A stretch of DNA of 64,000 nt from Auritidibacter sp. Marseille-P8566 (GCA_945860535.1 CAMAQN010000001.1:55236-119235); one strand, 5' to 3'; positions 10,262 through 20,791 are shown, counted from the first letter of the stretch. Program-made: numbers and translations. The notes: generated by a model not told the origin, from the letters alone.

Positions 10262-10807
10262 ATGATGAGCGAAAACCGCACTCCAGGAGCAAAAAAGGGT
10301 CAGCCCACCCCGTCCCGCAAAGATCAGGAGCAGGCCAGATTGCGCCCGCTAGTTGGAGACCGCAGCAAGGAAGCCAAACGTGCCGAGCGCCAGAAGGTCA
10401 ACGAAGAGCGCACAAAGGCTCGCGAAGGAATGATGGCAGGCGACGAGCGCTATCTGACCCTGCGTGACCGCGGCCCGCAGCGTAAGTATGCGCGCGATTT
10501 GGTAGATGCTCGCTTCACCGCTGGTGAAATGGTGCTTCCAGGTCTATTCCTTGTGGTGCTTGCAACATTTATTGACTCCTATGTGGTTCAGCTGATCACC
10601 CTGTTTGCGATGTGGGGATTGTTCGGAATTGTGGCTATCGACGCATGGTTTGTGTCTCGCATGGTCAAAAAGCGTGTCGCCCACAAGTTCGGTGCTGACC
10701 GCATTGAGGGTGGCTTGGGCTGGTACGGAGCGATGCGCTCGATTCAGATGCGAGCGCTGAGAATTCCAAAGCCTCAGGTTGCTCGCTTCACAAAATTAGA
10801 GAAGTAA
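10262..10807 (+). CDS. DUF3043 membrane protein
   Basis: KGQPTPSR, RDRGP and RIPKPQV motifs with two TM helices; conserved position beside the dipeptidase. Confidence 0.88.
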   Translation: MMSENRTPGAKKGQPTPSRKDQEQARLRPLVGDRSKEAKRAERQKVNEERTKAREGMMAGDERYLTLRDRGPQRKYARDLVDARFTAGEMVLPGLFLVVLATFIDSYVVQLITLFAMWGLFGIVAIDAWFVSRMVKKRVAHKFGADRIEGGLGWYGAMRSIQMRALRIPKPQVARFTKLEK

Positions 10808-10829
10808 ATAACCCCAAGGGAGCTCGAAA

Positions 10830-11831
10830 ATGCAACACCGCTATCTAGGAAACTCCGGCCTCAAGGTCTCCGAGATCATCTATGGAAACTGGCTGACTCA
10901 CGCATCCCAAGTTGCGGATGAACAGGCAATCAGCACCGTTCGAGCTGCCCTAGATGGCGGCGTCACAACCTATGACACCGCCGATGTTTACGCTAACCAA
11001 GCCGCCGAGACTGTTTTGGGCAATGCCCTCAAGGGTCAGCGCCGCGAGGGCCTAGAGATTCTGACCAAGGTTTACTGGCCGGTTGCCGCCAATGGCCCAA
11101 ATGACACCGGTCTTAGCCGCAAGCACATCATGGAATCAATCAACGGTTCCCTGAAGCGCCTTCAGACCGACTACGTCGACCTTTATCAGGCTCACCGCTT
11201 TGACTACGAAACTCCGCTGGAAGAAACCATGCAGGCTTTTGGAGACCTTGTTCGCATGGGCAAGGTGCTTTACGTCGGCGTTTCCGAGTGGAATGCCCAG
11301 CAGATTCGTGAGGGCCAGGGCTTGGCTAAAGATCTTGGTTTCAAGCTGATCTCAAACCAACCGCAGTACTCAATGCTCTGGAGAGTAATTGAGGGGCAGG
11401 TCATTCCAACCTCAGAAGAACTTGGCCTAAGTCAAATCGTCTGGTCACCTATGGCCCAGGGCGTGCTAACCGGAAAGTACCTGCCTGGAAAGCCAGCGCC
11501 TGAAGGCTCGAGAGCTGCAGATCCAGACCTTTCGGGAATCATCGAGAAGTTCATGTCTGAAACTACTTTGACCCGTGTTCAGGCCCTAAAGCCGCTGGCT
11601 GACGAGCTTGGCATCACGATGGCTCAGTTTGCAATCGCGTGGGTGTTGCAAAACAAGAATGTTGCTGCTGCAATTGTTGGTGCTTCCAAGCCAGAGCAGA
11701 TCACGTCTAACCTGGCAGCCTCTGGAGTGGTAATTCCTCAGGAGATCATGGCCAAAGTTGACGAAGTTCTCGGTGATGTTATTGAGCGTGACCCTTCCAA
11801 GACTAAGAGCCCAGAGGCAAGGCTCTGCTAG
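10830..11831 (+). CDS. Aldo/keto reductase (Kv-beta-like)
   Basis: LGNSGLKVS, DTADVY, LQTDYVDLYQAH and WSPMAQG motifs. Confidence 0.93.
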   Translation: MQHRYLGNSGLKVSEIIYGNWLTHASQVADEQAISTVRAALDGGVTTYDTADVYANQAAETVLGNALKGQRREGLEILTKVYWPVAANGPNDTGLSRKHIMESINGSLKRLQTDYVDLYQAHRFDYETPLEETMQAFGDLVRMGKVLYVGVSEWNAQQIREGQGLAKDLGFKLISNQPQYSMLWRVIEGQVIPTSEELGLSQIVWSPMAQGVLTGKYLPGKPAPEGSRAADPDLSGIIEKFMSETTLTRVQALKPLADELGITMAQFAIAWVLQNKNVAAAIVGASKPEQITSNLAASGVVIPQEIMAKVDEVLGDVIERDPSKTKSPEARLC

Positions 11832-12823
11832 TTCGCTAGCGCTTTCGCAAGTCTCTTTGGCCAGGCTGGTCCCTGGTAGATCAAACCGGTGTAAACCTGC
11901 ACCAAGTCCGCCCCGAGGTGAACGCGCTCCACTGCTTGAACCACGGAACTTACTCCGCCCACCGAGATGATGACAAATCCCGCTGGAAGTTCTCTTCTGG
12001 CCATCCGGAGCATCTCGATTGAGCGCGCAGCTAGGACTGGCCCGGAAAGACCTCCAGCCTCTTTCAGGACCTCAGAATCGCCCACCCCATCGCGTTTGGT
12101 GGTGGTGTTGGTCATAATCACTCCGGTTAGCGCCAGGTCTTGGACCAGTTTTAGGACCTCTAGAAAATCGGCATCTGCCAGATCTGGGGAAACCTTCACC
12201 AATACCGGCTTGCCCTGGCACTCATCCAAAACGGCCTGCAATATCGGCCTCAGTGACTCAACCTGCTGCAGATCCCTAAGTCCCGGGGTATTCGGCGATG
12301 AGACGTTCACGGCTAGATAGTCAGCAACTCTGGCTACCAGCTTGGTGGTGGCGCGATAGTCATCGGCGGCATCTTTCGCTTCAACAATTCGACTCTTGCC
12401 AATGTTCACGCCGATGATCGGCAGGTATGTGAAGTCCCGGCGAAGTTTTTCTAGTCGCTTGGAGATAACTGCTGCGCCGTCATTATTGAAGCCCATTCGA
12501 TTGATTAGGGCATCGTATTGCGGAATGCGGAAGGATCGAGGTTTCGGATTTCCCGGTTGGGCGTGAAAAGTCACGGTGCCAACTTCAATATGCCCAAATC
12601 CTAAAGCGTGCAGTGGCCTGACCAACTTGGCGTTTTTATCAAAGCCAGCGCCAAGTCCAAGGCGATTTTCAAAGTGAAGCCCCATAATCTCGATGGACTT
12701 CTTTCGCTTGCCGGCCCGAAGCATGCCGAACTTGGAGGCTAGCTGCAAAGCAGTGTCAACGATCTTGTGGGAGGTTTCCGCTTCTAGCGGCTTGAAAAAG
12801 ATGTTGAAGAACAGGCGATACAA
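11828..12823 (-). CDS. pyrD: Quinone-dependent dihydroorotate dehydrogenase
   Basis: AGFDKN, NRMGFNN, NVSSPNTPGLR and GGLSG motifs. Confidence 0.95.
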   Translation of the reverse strand: MYRLFFNIFFKPLEAETSHKIVDTALQLASKFGMLRAGKRKKSIEIMGLHFENRLGLGAGFDKNAKLVRPLHALGFGHIEVGTVTFHAQPGNPKPRSFRIPQYDALINRMGFNNDGAAVISKRLEKLRRDFTYLPIIGVNIGKSRIVEAKDAADDYRATTKLVARVADYLAVNVSSPNTPGLRDLQQVESLRPILQAVLDECQGKPVLVKVSPDLADADFLEVLKLVQDLALTGVIMTNTTTKRDGVGDSEVLKEAGGLSGPVLAARSIEMLRMARRELPAGFVIISVGGVSSVVQAVERVHLGADLVQVYTGLIYQGPAWPKRLAKALAN

Positions 12824-12826
12824 GAG

Positions 12827-13270
12827 CTAGCTCCCCCGCAGATCCGAAATTGCCCGCTCAAAATCATCCAGCGAGTCCCAAGCCTGGTAGACGGATGCGA
12901 AGCGCATGAAAGCGACGTGGTCCAACTGACGAAGTGGTTCCAAGATTGCCAAACCAATGTCCTGTGCCTCTATGGTTGCAGCACCCGAGGAACGAAGTGC
13001 TTCCTCAACCTGCTGGGCCAACAAGGCTAAGTCCGCGTCAGTGACTGGGCGTCCCTGGCAAGCTTTGCGAACACCAGAGACAATTTTGTCCCTGGAAAAA
13101 GGTTCGGTTACACCGCTGCGCTTAGTCACCATCAGCGAGGCAGTCTCTAGTGTCGTGAAGCGCTTCTGGCACTCTGGGCACTGTCTTCTTCGACGAATAG
13201 CTGAACCATCGTCGGAGGTTCTTGAGTCAATAACTCTGGAATCTGCATGTCTGCAAAAGGGGCAAAACAT
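12827..13270 (-). CDS. nrdR: Transcriptional repressor NrdR
   Basis: CPFC...[10 protein letters not shown] zinc ribbon plus ATP cone. Confidence 0.97.
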   Translation of the reverse strand: MFCPFCRHADSRVIDSRTSDDGSAIRRRRQCPECQKRFTTLETASLMVTKRSGVTEPFSRDKIVSGVRKACQGRPVTDADLALLAQQVEEALRSSGAATIEAQDIGLAILEPLRQLDHVAFMRFASVYQAWDSLDDFERAISDLRGS

Positions 13271-14577
13271 TAGTTACCTCCGGTGAATCTAATTTTGGCA
13301 GCATCGCCGTGTGCACTCAAGCCTTCGGTAATCGCAAAAGTATCAAGCTGGCTTGCGACTTGAGCGAGGGCTGATTCTGAATAATCAACCACCTGCTGCG
13401 GTCTCAAAAATGTGTGAACACCAAGCCCTGGGCCAAATTTAGCCTGTTCTCCAGTTGGTAGAACGTGATTACTGCCGGCTAGGTAGTCGCCAAGGCTTAC
13501 CGGAGAAAATTCACCCAGGAAAATCGCACCGGCATTAGTGATCTCCGAGAGCACTGCTTTGGGGTCTTTAGTCTGTATTTCAAGATGCTCAGTGGCGTAC
13601 TCGTTGCTAACAGCAATTGCAGTAGCCAGATCCGGCACTAAAACTAATGCGGATTGCACTCCGCCGAGTGAGGCTTTGACACGTTCAGAATTCTTGGTGA
13701 CAGCAACTTGTTTGGCTAACTCGATTTCAACAGCGCAGATCAGGTCACTGCTGTTGGTAACCAGCACCGCAGCAGCGCTCTCATCGTGCTCAGCTTGAGA
13801 TATCAGGTCGGCTGCAATGCTCTTTGGGTTAGCGTTTTCATCCGCGATTATCAGGATCTCGGTTGGGCCGGCCTCAGAGTCGATTCCAATCAGGCCTCGA
13901 AGCGCACGCTTGGCGGCTGCAACATAGACATTGCCAGGGCCGGTAACCATGCGTACCGGGGCTAGGTCGATTTCAGTCACACCATAGGCAAATGCCGCAA
14001 CCGCTGCCGCTCCCCCGATTGCGTAAACCTCAGTAACGCCCAATAGCCCTGCGGTTGCCAAAATCGTTGGGTGCGGCAATCCACCAAATTCTTTTTGTGG
14101 TGGTGATGCAATCGCAATTCTTGGAACACCGGCCGACCGAGCGGCTACCGCGTTCATCACAACACTTGATGGATACACCGCCTTTCCGCCAGGGACATAA
14201 AGGCCAACCGAGTCAACAGGGACATACCGCTGCGAAACCAGCGCACCGTGAGCTAGCTCCACTTCGAAATCCTTTGGAACCCCAGCCAGCGAGACTTTTC
14301 GAACCCGCTCAATTGCCGTCTCTATTGCAGTTCGGAGTTCTGTGCTGAGCTGAGAAACAGATTGGTCTATAACGGACTGCGGAACTCGAACAAACTCGGG
14401 TCTAACCCCATCAAAGCGCTCGGCTTGGTCTAAAAGTGCGGAAAGAGAGTTGGTTTTTACGTCTGCGATAAGAGGCAAGACGGTTTCTAAAGCCTTCGCT
14501 ACGCTGACCGAGGCTCTAGGCAGTGCATCACGAATTTGATCCTGAGTGATAGGACCTGTGATTTCTATAACGCGCAC
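13270..14577 (-). CDS. hisD: Histidinol dehydrogenase
   Basis: [25 protein letters not shown] and GSNHVLPT motifs. Confidence 0.97.
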   Translation of the reverse strand: MRVIEITGPITQDQIRDALPRASVSVAKALETVLPLIADVKTNSLSALLDQAERFDGVRPEFVRVPQSVIDQSVSQLSTELRTAIETAIERVRKVSLAGVPKDFEVELAHGALVSQRYVPVDSVGLYVPGGKAVYPSSVVMNAVAARSAGVPRIAIASPPQKEFGGLPHPTILATAGLLGVTEVYAIGGAAAVAAFAYGVTEIDLAPVRMVTGPGNVYVAAAKRALRGLIGIDSEAGPTEILIIADENANPKSIAADLISQAEHDESAAAVLVTNSSDLICAVEIELAKQVAVTKNSERVKASLGGVQSALVLVPDLATAIAVSNEYATEHLEIQTKDPKAVLSEITNAGAIFLGEFSPVSLGDYLAGSNHVLPTGEQAKFGPGLGVHTFLRPQQVVDYSESALAQVASQLDTFAITEGLSAHGDAAKIRFTGGN

Positions 14578-14628
14578 TTTACCTCTGGTTTTCGCTCTAA
14601 AGAAGTAATGCCCTAACCTTATCGGGAG

Positions 14629-15150
14629 ATGACTACAGAATCCTTGAACTTCCCCGTGATTGGCTCAGATGCGCTGAAGACGGCCTTTCGCATGCACGCC
14701 TCTGGGGTTGCGATCATTACCTCCCACGACCAAGACGGAGAGCCGATTGGATTTACCGCCACGTCGGTAACGTCTTTGGGCTCAAATCCTCCGCTGGTCT
14801 CATTCAACATTGCTCGTGGCTCTTCGAGCTATCCACATTTGGTTGTTGGACGTGATGTTGCCCTTCACACTTTGTCGGCCCAAAACCTTGAGCTGGCACA
14901 GCGCATGGCCGGCCCCAAAGAAGAGCGATTTGTTGCAGGTGATTACCAACTTGTCGGACAGTTGCCAGTTTTCCCAAGTGCTTCAACCATCCTGATCGGC
15001 AAGGTGCGGGAGCGCTTTGAGGTTGAGGCCAATGCGGTTGTCGTGCTCGACATCCTGCACGGCACTGAGGCTTTGCAGGAAGATAGTCCGCTTCTTTACT
15101 ACAAGCGCGGTTACCTAACCGCTACCGAGCGGTTGGCTGACAACTCTTAG
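14629..15150 (+). CDS. Flavin reductase family protein
   Basis: FRMHASGVAIIT, GFTATSVTSL..PP and PLLY motifs. Confidence 0.88.
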   Translation: MTTESLNFPVIGSDALKTAFRMHASGVAIITSHDQDGEPIGFTATSVTSLGSNPPLVSFNIARGSSSYPHLVVGRDVALHTLSAQNLELAQRMAGPKEERFVAGDYQLVGQLPVFPSASTILIGKVRERFEVEANAVVVLDILHGTEALQEDSPLLYYKRGYLTATERLADNS

Positions 15151-18100
15151 TTGACCGCGTCTTGACCTAACAGCGCCTTGATTTCGCCAAACAGATCGTG
15201 ACCGACAGAGATTCGCTGCGGTAGCAAAAAGTGCTTTGAATCCCCACCGTTTTGCATCTTGATCTGGACCTCGACCGGGCCGGGATTTTTGGTCAAGATA
15301 TCGGATAACTTTTGCAAATTGTTTTTGGTGGCGAGAGCTTCTTTCACTGTGATGACCAGGACACCGCCCATCTCGCGACCGGCCTCAAGCACTTCAATGG
15401 TGTACGCCGAGAGCATGATTTCTTCGTCTCGCCTTTGGATGCGTCCGCGAATTGAAACCGTTTGGTCTGCTTTCAAAAGTTCACGATTTTCCAGATAGGT
15501 CTTACCCATGAACATGATTGAGATCTCGCCCGAGAAATCCTCTAGTACGACCTGCCCGTAGGGGTTACCCGAGGTTCTGGCCACCTTGTGCTGGACCTGG
15601 GTTATCAAACCTGCCAAGGTGACCGACTCGCCATCCTTGATATCGCTCTCCTTCAGAGCGATGGTTCCCATATCCGAGTGCCTCATCAGGAGCGCCTCTT
15701 GACCGGCTAGCGGGTGGTCTGAAACGTAAAGCCCAAGCATCTCTCGCTCATGAGCCAATAGGTCTCGCTTCGTCCACTCCGGAAGATTTGGAATCGGAAC
15801 CATGGCTGGATCTTCATCGAACATTCCGCCAAATAGATCAACCTGACCGCTCAGCGCCTGCTTCTTCAATACCGCAGAGGCATCAATCGCCTCTTCGTGA
15901 ACCGCAATTAGCGAACGTCTGGTGTGTCCAAGCGAGTCAAAGGCTCCGGCCTTGATAAGTGACTCAACACATCTCTTGGTAGAAGCATGCGAAGCCACTT
16001 TGGTGAGGTAGTCCTGAAAAGAGTCAAACGGAGACTCCGCGCGCGCTTCGACAATCGCATCCACCACGTTTTTACCAACATTGCGAATGGCGTTTAGGCC
16101 AAATCGAATGTCGTTTCCAACGGCTGCAAAACCGCTGATGGATTGATTCACGTCGGGAGGTAGGACCTGGATTCCCATCCTGCGACACTCGTTTAGGTAG
16201 ACCGCTAACTTGTCCTTGGAATCTCCAACCGAGGTCAGCAAAGCCGCCATATATTCCGCTGGGAAATTGGCCTTGAGGTATGCGGTCCAGTAGCTGAGAA
16301 CTCCGTAACCAGCCGAGTGAGCCTTATTGAAGGCGTAGTCGGCAAACGGCAACAATGTGTCCCAAAGGGCCTTTATTGCCCCATCGGAGAAGCCGTTGCC
16401 CTTCATTCCGGCTCGGAAGACCTCAAGCTGCTTATCCAGCTCCTCAGGCTTTTTCTTACCCATCGCTCGGCGAAGCAGATCGGCTTGACCCAGCGTGTAG
16501 CCGGCCACCTTTTGAGCCGCTGACATCACCTGCTCCTGGTAGACAATCAGACCGTAGGTCGGATCCAAAATCTCGCTCAATGGCTCGGTCAGTTCTGGGT
16601 GCACACCTTCGGATTCCTGCAAGCCATTTTTACGCTGGGCGTAGTTGATGTGCGAATTCATGCCCATTGGTCCCGGACGGTACAGAGCGATCACAGCCGA
16701 GATGTGCTCGAACTCGGTTGGCTTCAAAAGCCTTAGCAGCTGACGCATCGAATCACCATCGAGCTGGAAAACACCAAGGGTGTCGCCGCGGGATAGCAGT
16801 TCAAAGGTCTTTTCATCCGCATTCAGATCAAGGCCTTCGAGCACCACAGTCTCGCCGCGGTTGAGTTTTATGTTGAAAAGGGCATCATCAAGAACTGTTA
16901 GGTTTCTCAGGCCCAAAAAGTCCATCTTCAATAGACCAAGCGACTCGCAGGGAGGCTGGTCAAACTGAGTGATGATTGCGCCATCTTCCTCGCGCTTCAT
17001 AATTGGAATCACATCCATCAGCGGCTCGGCCGACATGATTACTCCGGCTGCGTGAACACCCCACTGGCGCTTTAGCCCCTCAAGGCCTTGGGCAAGATCA
17101 AAGACTTTTTGGCTGTCCTCATCGGTCTCGATGATCTCCCTAAATTCCGCTGCCTCTGAATAGCGCTCAGCGGTTGGATCAACCAATTCATTCAGAGCAA
17201 TATCGCGGCCCAACACCATGGGCGGCATCGCCTTAGTCAACTTCTCGCCGACCGAATACGGCATGGCCAATACCCTGGCGGCATCCTTTAGCGCCTGTTT
17301 TGCCTTAATGGTTCCAAAGGTGACGATCTGGGCTACTCGATCTTCGCCGTATTTCTCGGTGACATATCGAATAACTTCTGGGCGTCTGCGGTCATCGAAG
17401 TCAACATCGATATCCGGCAGCGAAAGACGCTCTGGGTTCAAAAAGCGTTCAAAGATCAAGTTGTGAACAATTGGATCAAGTTCGGTAATACCAAGCGCAA
17501 ACGCCACCAGTGAACCCGCCGCAGAGCCACGACCGGGACCTACTCGAATTCCCTGCTGACGAGCCCAGCCGATAAAGTCGGCAACCACCAAGAAGTAACC
17601 CGGGAAGCCCATGTTACGAATCACATCAATTTCGTAAGCCGCCTGCTGCTTGTAACGGTCTGAATAACCATTTGGGAAACGGCGATCCATGCCGCGCCAA
17701 ACCTCTTTATCAAGCCAACCGCTCTCGGTTTCACCCTCTGGAACCGGGAACCTGGGCATCAAATCGCGCTTCTCAAAACTGACTTCGCACTTCTCGGCGA
17801 TTAGCAGGGTGTTATCGCAGGCTTCCGGATGCTCTTTGAATATCTCGCGCATCTGCTGCGCGGTCTTCAGGTAATACTCCTGAGATTCAAATTTGAAACG
17901 ATTCTCGTCGTAGAGATTTGATCCCACCTGGACACACAGCAGTGCGTCGTGGGCGGTGGCATCCTCAGCCTCGGTGTAGTGCAGGTCATTGGTTGCAACC
18001 AAAGGCAGGTTTAGGTCTTTGGCAAGCCTGAGCAGGTCCTCGCGAACGCGCTTTTCGATGTCTAGCGAGTGATCCATCAGCTCGACGAAGAAGTTCCCCT

Positions 18101-18638
18101 CGCCAAAAATGTCACGGAACTCAGCGGCTGTCTCAACCGCCTCTTTGTATTGTCCAAGGCGAATGCGAGTCTGAACCTCGCCACCTGGGCAACCGGTAGT
18201 CGCAATCAAACCCTTGCCGTATTTGTGCAGTAGCTCACGATCCATACGAGGTTTGAAGTAGTAGCCGGAGAGATAGCCTTCGGATGAGAGCCTGAAGAGG
18301 TTTTGCATCGAGTGGTTGTCAGTTGCCCACATAGTCATATGTGAGTAAGCGCCGCCACCGGAGACGTCGTCGTCACCGCCGCCACCCCAGCGAACCTTGG
18401 ACTTCTCTTTGCGGCTTCCAGGGGCCAGGTAGGCCTCAATGCCGATGATTGGCTTGATGCCGTGAGTGGTCGCTTGGTTCCAAAATTCATAAGCACCGTG
18501 AGCATTGCCGTGGTCGGTCATGGCAATTGCAGGCATCTCCAGATTTGCGGCCTTGGCAACCAATTGCTTGATGCGCGCAGCTCCATCGAGCATTGAATAC
18601 TCGGTGTGGTTGTGCAAATGGACGAACGAATCGCTCAT
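15147..18638 (-). CDS. dnaE: DNA polymerase III alpha subunit
   Basis: PHP domain (HLHNHTEYSMLDG), GRGSAAGS, PDIDVDF, YAFNKAHS; normal length, no intein. Confidence 0.98.
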   Translation of the reverse strand: MSDSFVHLHNHTEYSMLDGAARIKQLVAKAANLEMPAIAMTDHGNAHGAYEFWNQATTHGIKPIIGIEAYLAPGSRKEKSKVRWGGGGDDDVSGGGAYSHMTMWATDNHSMQNLFRLSSEGYLSGYYFKPRMDRELLHKYGKGLIATTGCPGGEVQTRIRLGQYKEAVETAAEFRDIFGEGNFFVELMDHSLDIEKRVREDLLRLAKDLNLPLVATNDLHYTEAEDATAHDALLCVQVGSNLYDENRFKFESQEYYLKTAQQMREIFKEHPEACDNTLLIAEKCEVSFEKRDLMPRFPVPEGETESGWLDKEVWRGMDRRFPNGYSDRYKQQAAYEIDVIRNMGFPGYFLVVADFIGWARQQGIRVGPGRGSAAGSLVAFALGITELDPIVHNLIFERFLNPERLSLPDIDVDFDDRRRPEVIRYVTEKYGEDRVAQIVTFGTIKAKQALKDAARVLAMPYSVGEKLTKAMPPMVLGRDIALNELVDPTAERYSEAAEFREIIETDEDSQKVFDLAQGLEGLKRQWGVHAAGVIMSAEPLMDVIPIMKREEDGAIITQFDQPPCESLGLLKMDFLGLRNLTVLDDALFNIKLNRGETVVLEGLDLNADEKTFELLSRGDTLGVFQLDGDSMRQLLRLLKPTEFEHISAVIALYRPGPMGMNSHINYAQRKNGLQESEGVHPELTEPLSEILDPTYGLIVYQEQVMSAAQKVAGYTLGQADLLRRAMGKKKPEELDKQLEVFRAGMKGNGFSDGAIKALWDTLLPFADYAFNKAHSAGYGVLSYWTAYLKANFPAEYMAALLTSVGDSKDKLAVYLNECRRMGIQVLPPDVNQSISGFAAVGNDIRFGLNAIRNVGKNVVDAIVEARAESPFDSFQDYLTKVASHASTKRCVESLIKAGAFDSLGHTRRSLIAVHEEAIDASAVLKKQALSGQVDLFGGMFDEDPAMVPIPNLPEWTKRDLLAHEREMLGLYVSDHPLAGQEALLMRHSDMGTIALKESDIKDGESVTLAGLITQVQHKVARTSGNPYGQVVLEDFSGEISIMFMGKTYLENRELLKADQTVSIRGRIQRRDEEIMLSAYTIEVLEAGREMGGVLVITVKEALATKNNLQKLSDILTKNPGPVEVQIKMQNGGDSKHFLLPQRISVGHDLFGEIKALLGQDAVN

Positions 18639-18672
18639 TTCACCTCCACTTATTCATCGACGGGCCCTTAGC

Positions 18673-19608
18673 CTAAAGCCGAAAATCTACATCCCGCAGT
18701 CGGTTCAGGGCGAGTTCCAAATCTTGCGGATATTCGCTTTCGAATTCGACCCACTCCCCCGAAATTGGGTGAGAAAAGGCAAGTTTATGGGCATGCAGCC
18801 ACTGCCTGTCCAACTTAAGCGCAGCCGCAAGCTTGGGATCGCTCCCATAAAGCGGATCACCAACCAACGGATGCCTAAAGTGTGCAAGGTGAACCCTGAT
18901 CTGGTGAGTTCTTCCGGTCTCCAATCCGATTTCCAAAAGTGCTGCCGATGACAAAAGCTCGATGGTCCGGTAGTGGGTGACAGCATTTTTACCGTCTGCA
19001 GAGATTGTGAACTTGTAATCGTGCTTGGTGCTTCTAGCGATCGGGGTGTCGATTGTGCCCTGAGCTGGGTCCGGGTGTCCTTGGGCTAAGGCGTGATAAG
19101 TCTTCTTCACGGTTCGATCTCTAAAGGCCTGCTTCAAAACCGAATAAGCCCGCTCCCCCTTTGCTAAGACCATCAGACCGCTGGTTCCAACATCTAGGCG
19201 CTGGACTATGCCCTGACGCTCCTGAGCGCCGGAGGTGGCTAGCTGGATGCCTCTGGCCAACAAGACACCGGGAACGCTTGGGCCGGTAAAGCCCAAAGAT
19301 GGGTGCGAGACCACGCCTGCGGGTTTGTCGATGACAATCATGTGCTCGTCTTGGAAGACAACCTTGAGCTCAGCCACATCCTCGGCAATCACCTCAGGCT
19401 CGGTGGAACGCTCTACCAGCTCCACCTCGATGATCTGGTCGATTTCTAACCGGTCAGATTTTCCAATAACTTTTCCAGCCCTGGTGACACTGCCCTCTGC
19501 CAACAGGTCTGCGGCCTGTGATCGACTGATGCCTAGCATTTTTGCCAATGCGGCATCAGCTCGCTCACCCGAGAGGGAGTCGGGAACCGGCAGATACTTA
19601 CTTGCCAA
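18673..19608 (-). CDS. RluA/RluD-family pseudouridine synthase
   Basis: S4 domain, VQRLDVGTSG catalytic Asp, TGRTHQIRVH. The ORF-track start (19740) lies deep inside lspA; TTG 19608 or GTG 19617 is more plausible. Confidence 0.92.
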   Translation of the reverse strand: MASKYLPVPDSLSGERADAALAKMLGISRSQAADLLAEGSVTRAGKVIGKSDRLEIDQIIEVELVERSTEPEVIAEDVAELKVVFQDEHMIVIDKPAGVVSHPSLGFTGPSVPGVLLARGIQLATSGAQERQGIVQRLDVGTSGLMVLAKGERAYSVLKQAFRDRTVKKTYHALAQGHPDPAQGTIDTPIARSTKHDYKFTISADGKNAVTHYRTIELLSSAALLEIGLETGRTHQIRVHLAHFRHPLVGDPLYGSDPKLAAALKLDRQWLHAHKLAFSHPISGEWVEFESEYPQDLELALNRLRDVDFRL

Positions 19609-20110
19609 CCTTGCCACCCAGTTCGTCACCCAAAAGCGTTCTGAGCATTGCCAGCGATACGCCGACAACCAAGAAAGTGTCGGCCAAATTGAAGATCGGA
19701 AAGTTGAAAGGAATCGAGATGAAATCCACCACGTGCCCATTTAGAAAACCTGGAGCGCGAGTTAGTCGATCAACCAAATTTCCGGCAGCTCCGCCCAAAA
19801 CGAGTCCGGCGATTATGGTCCAGGTTAGGTTTTTAGCTCTCGGCCCAAACCACAAAAGCGCTAGCACTGCACAGCAGGCAATAATCGCCAGCACCCAGGT
19901 CTGGCCAACGCCGAGCGAGAATGCGGCGGCGGCGTTATAGGCAAGCCGGAATCTGAGAATTTCGCCTATTACCGGCATGACCGAACCGTCAGAAAGAGCG
20001 GCAACTGCCAACTCTTTGGTTAGCTGATCAAGAAAAACTAAGAAAACGCCTATTCCAAGAAAAAGGAAGGTTCTTGCTTTACTTGCGCTCACTTGAGGTT
20101 TCGTCTTCAT
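19598..20110 (-). CDS. lspA: Lipoprotein signal peptidase
   Basis: DQLTK, GNLVDRL, VVDFI and FNLAD motifs. Confidence 0.95.
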   Translation of the reverse strand: MKTKPQVSASKARTFLFLGIGVFLVFLDQLTKELAVAALSDGSVMPVIGEILRFRLAYNAAAAFSLGVGQTWVLAIIACCAVLALLWFGPRAKNLTWTIIAGLVLGGAAGNLVDRLTRAPGFLNGHVVDFISIPFNFPIFNLADTFLVVGVSLAMLRTLLGDELGGKVGK

Positions 20111-20741
20111 CCTCAGCAGCTGCCGTTACAACCTCGGCCGCAACCTCGGTGATTTGGGCGAATTCGATCTTCGCAGCAGCCTCTAGTGGCTGCTCGAATG
20201 ACTCCTCGCGGATCAAAGTAGTGAGCTGAGACTCCAAGTATTCGCGCAGGCGGGCACGGTAGTCGTGCTCAAACTCGCGAAGTTCGTCAATGGTGTTCTC
20301 AATTGCCTTGCAATCAAGCTCTAGCTGACCAAGCACTGCACGAGCCTGAGCCTCAGCATCACGCACTAGTCGCGCTGCGCTCTCCTGGCCATCACGGATT
20401 AGCTGGTCGCGCTTGGTTAGACCCTCGCGGACGTGCTCCTCGTGTAGCCTGCGGGCAAGCTCTAGCAAGCTGTGTGAGTTGCTGGCGTCTGCAGCACTTG
20501 GAACGGCTGCGGCAACCACCGGTGCAGTTGGGAAGTCTGCTGCTGAAGCAGCCGGAGCATCCTGCGCCTGAGCCTTTGCGGCCCCTAGCTGCTGGCGAAG
20601 CTCTTCGTTCTCGCCACCGAGCTTTCGCAGCTCTACAACGACCTCGTCTAGGAAGTCATCGACCTCGTCCTGGTCATATCCCTCGCGGAACTTGACGATG
20701 GTAAATCTCTTGTTTACAACTTCTTCGGGCGTCAGCGCCAT
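20079..20741 (-). CDS. divIVA: DivIVA/Wag31 polar growth protein
   Basis: MALTPEEV..KRF...REGYDQDEVDDFLD followed by coiled coils. Confidence 0.95.
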   Translation of the reverse strand: MALTPEEVVNKRFTIVKFREGYDQDEVDDFLDEVVVELRKLGGENEELRQQLGAAKAQAQDAPAASAADFPTAPVVAAAVPSAADASNSHSLLELARRLHEEHVREGLTKRDQLIRDGQESAARLVRDAEAQARAVLGQLELDCKAIENTIDELREFEHDYRARLREYLESQLTTLIREESFEQPLEAAAKIEFAQITEVAAEVVTAAAEDEDETSSERK

Positions 20742-20791
20742 GTTGCACCTTCCTGATACAGCGCAAAAGCGCTCTCGCTATGTTATTCGCT

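Noticed and set aside
15147-18638. Intein or split in dnaE
   Set aside because: Length (1163 aa) and continuous domain order are normal; no intein motifs seen.
19609-19740. Long N-terminal extensions in the ORF track for the pseudouridine synthase (also murE, garA, ftsZ)
   Set aside because: They overlap upstream genes or regulatory DNA out of frame; downstream GTG/TTG starts fit homologous N-termini better, with an RBS visible for ftsZ and garA.
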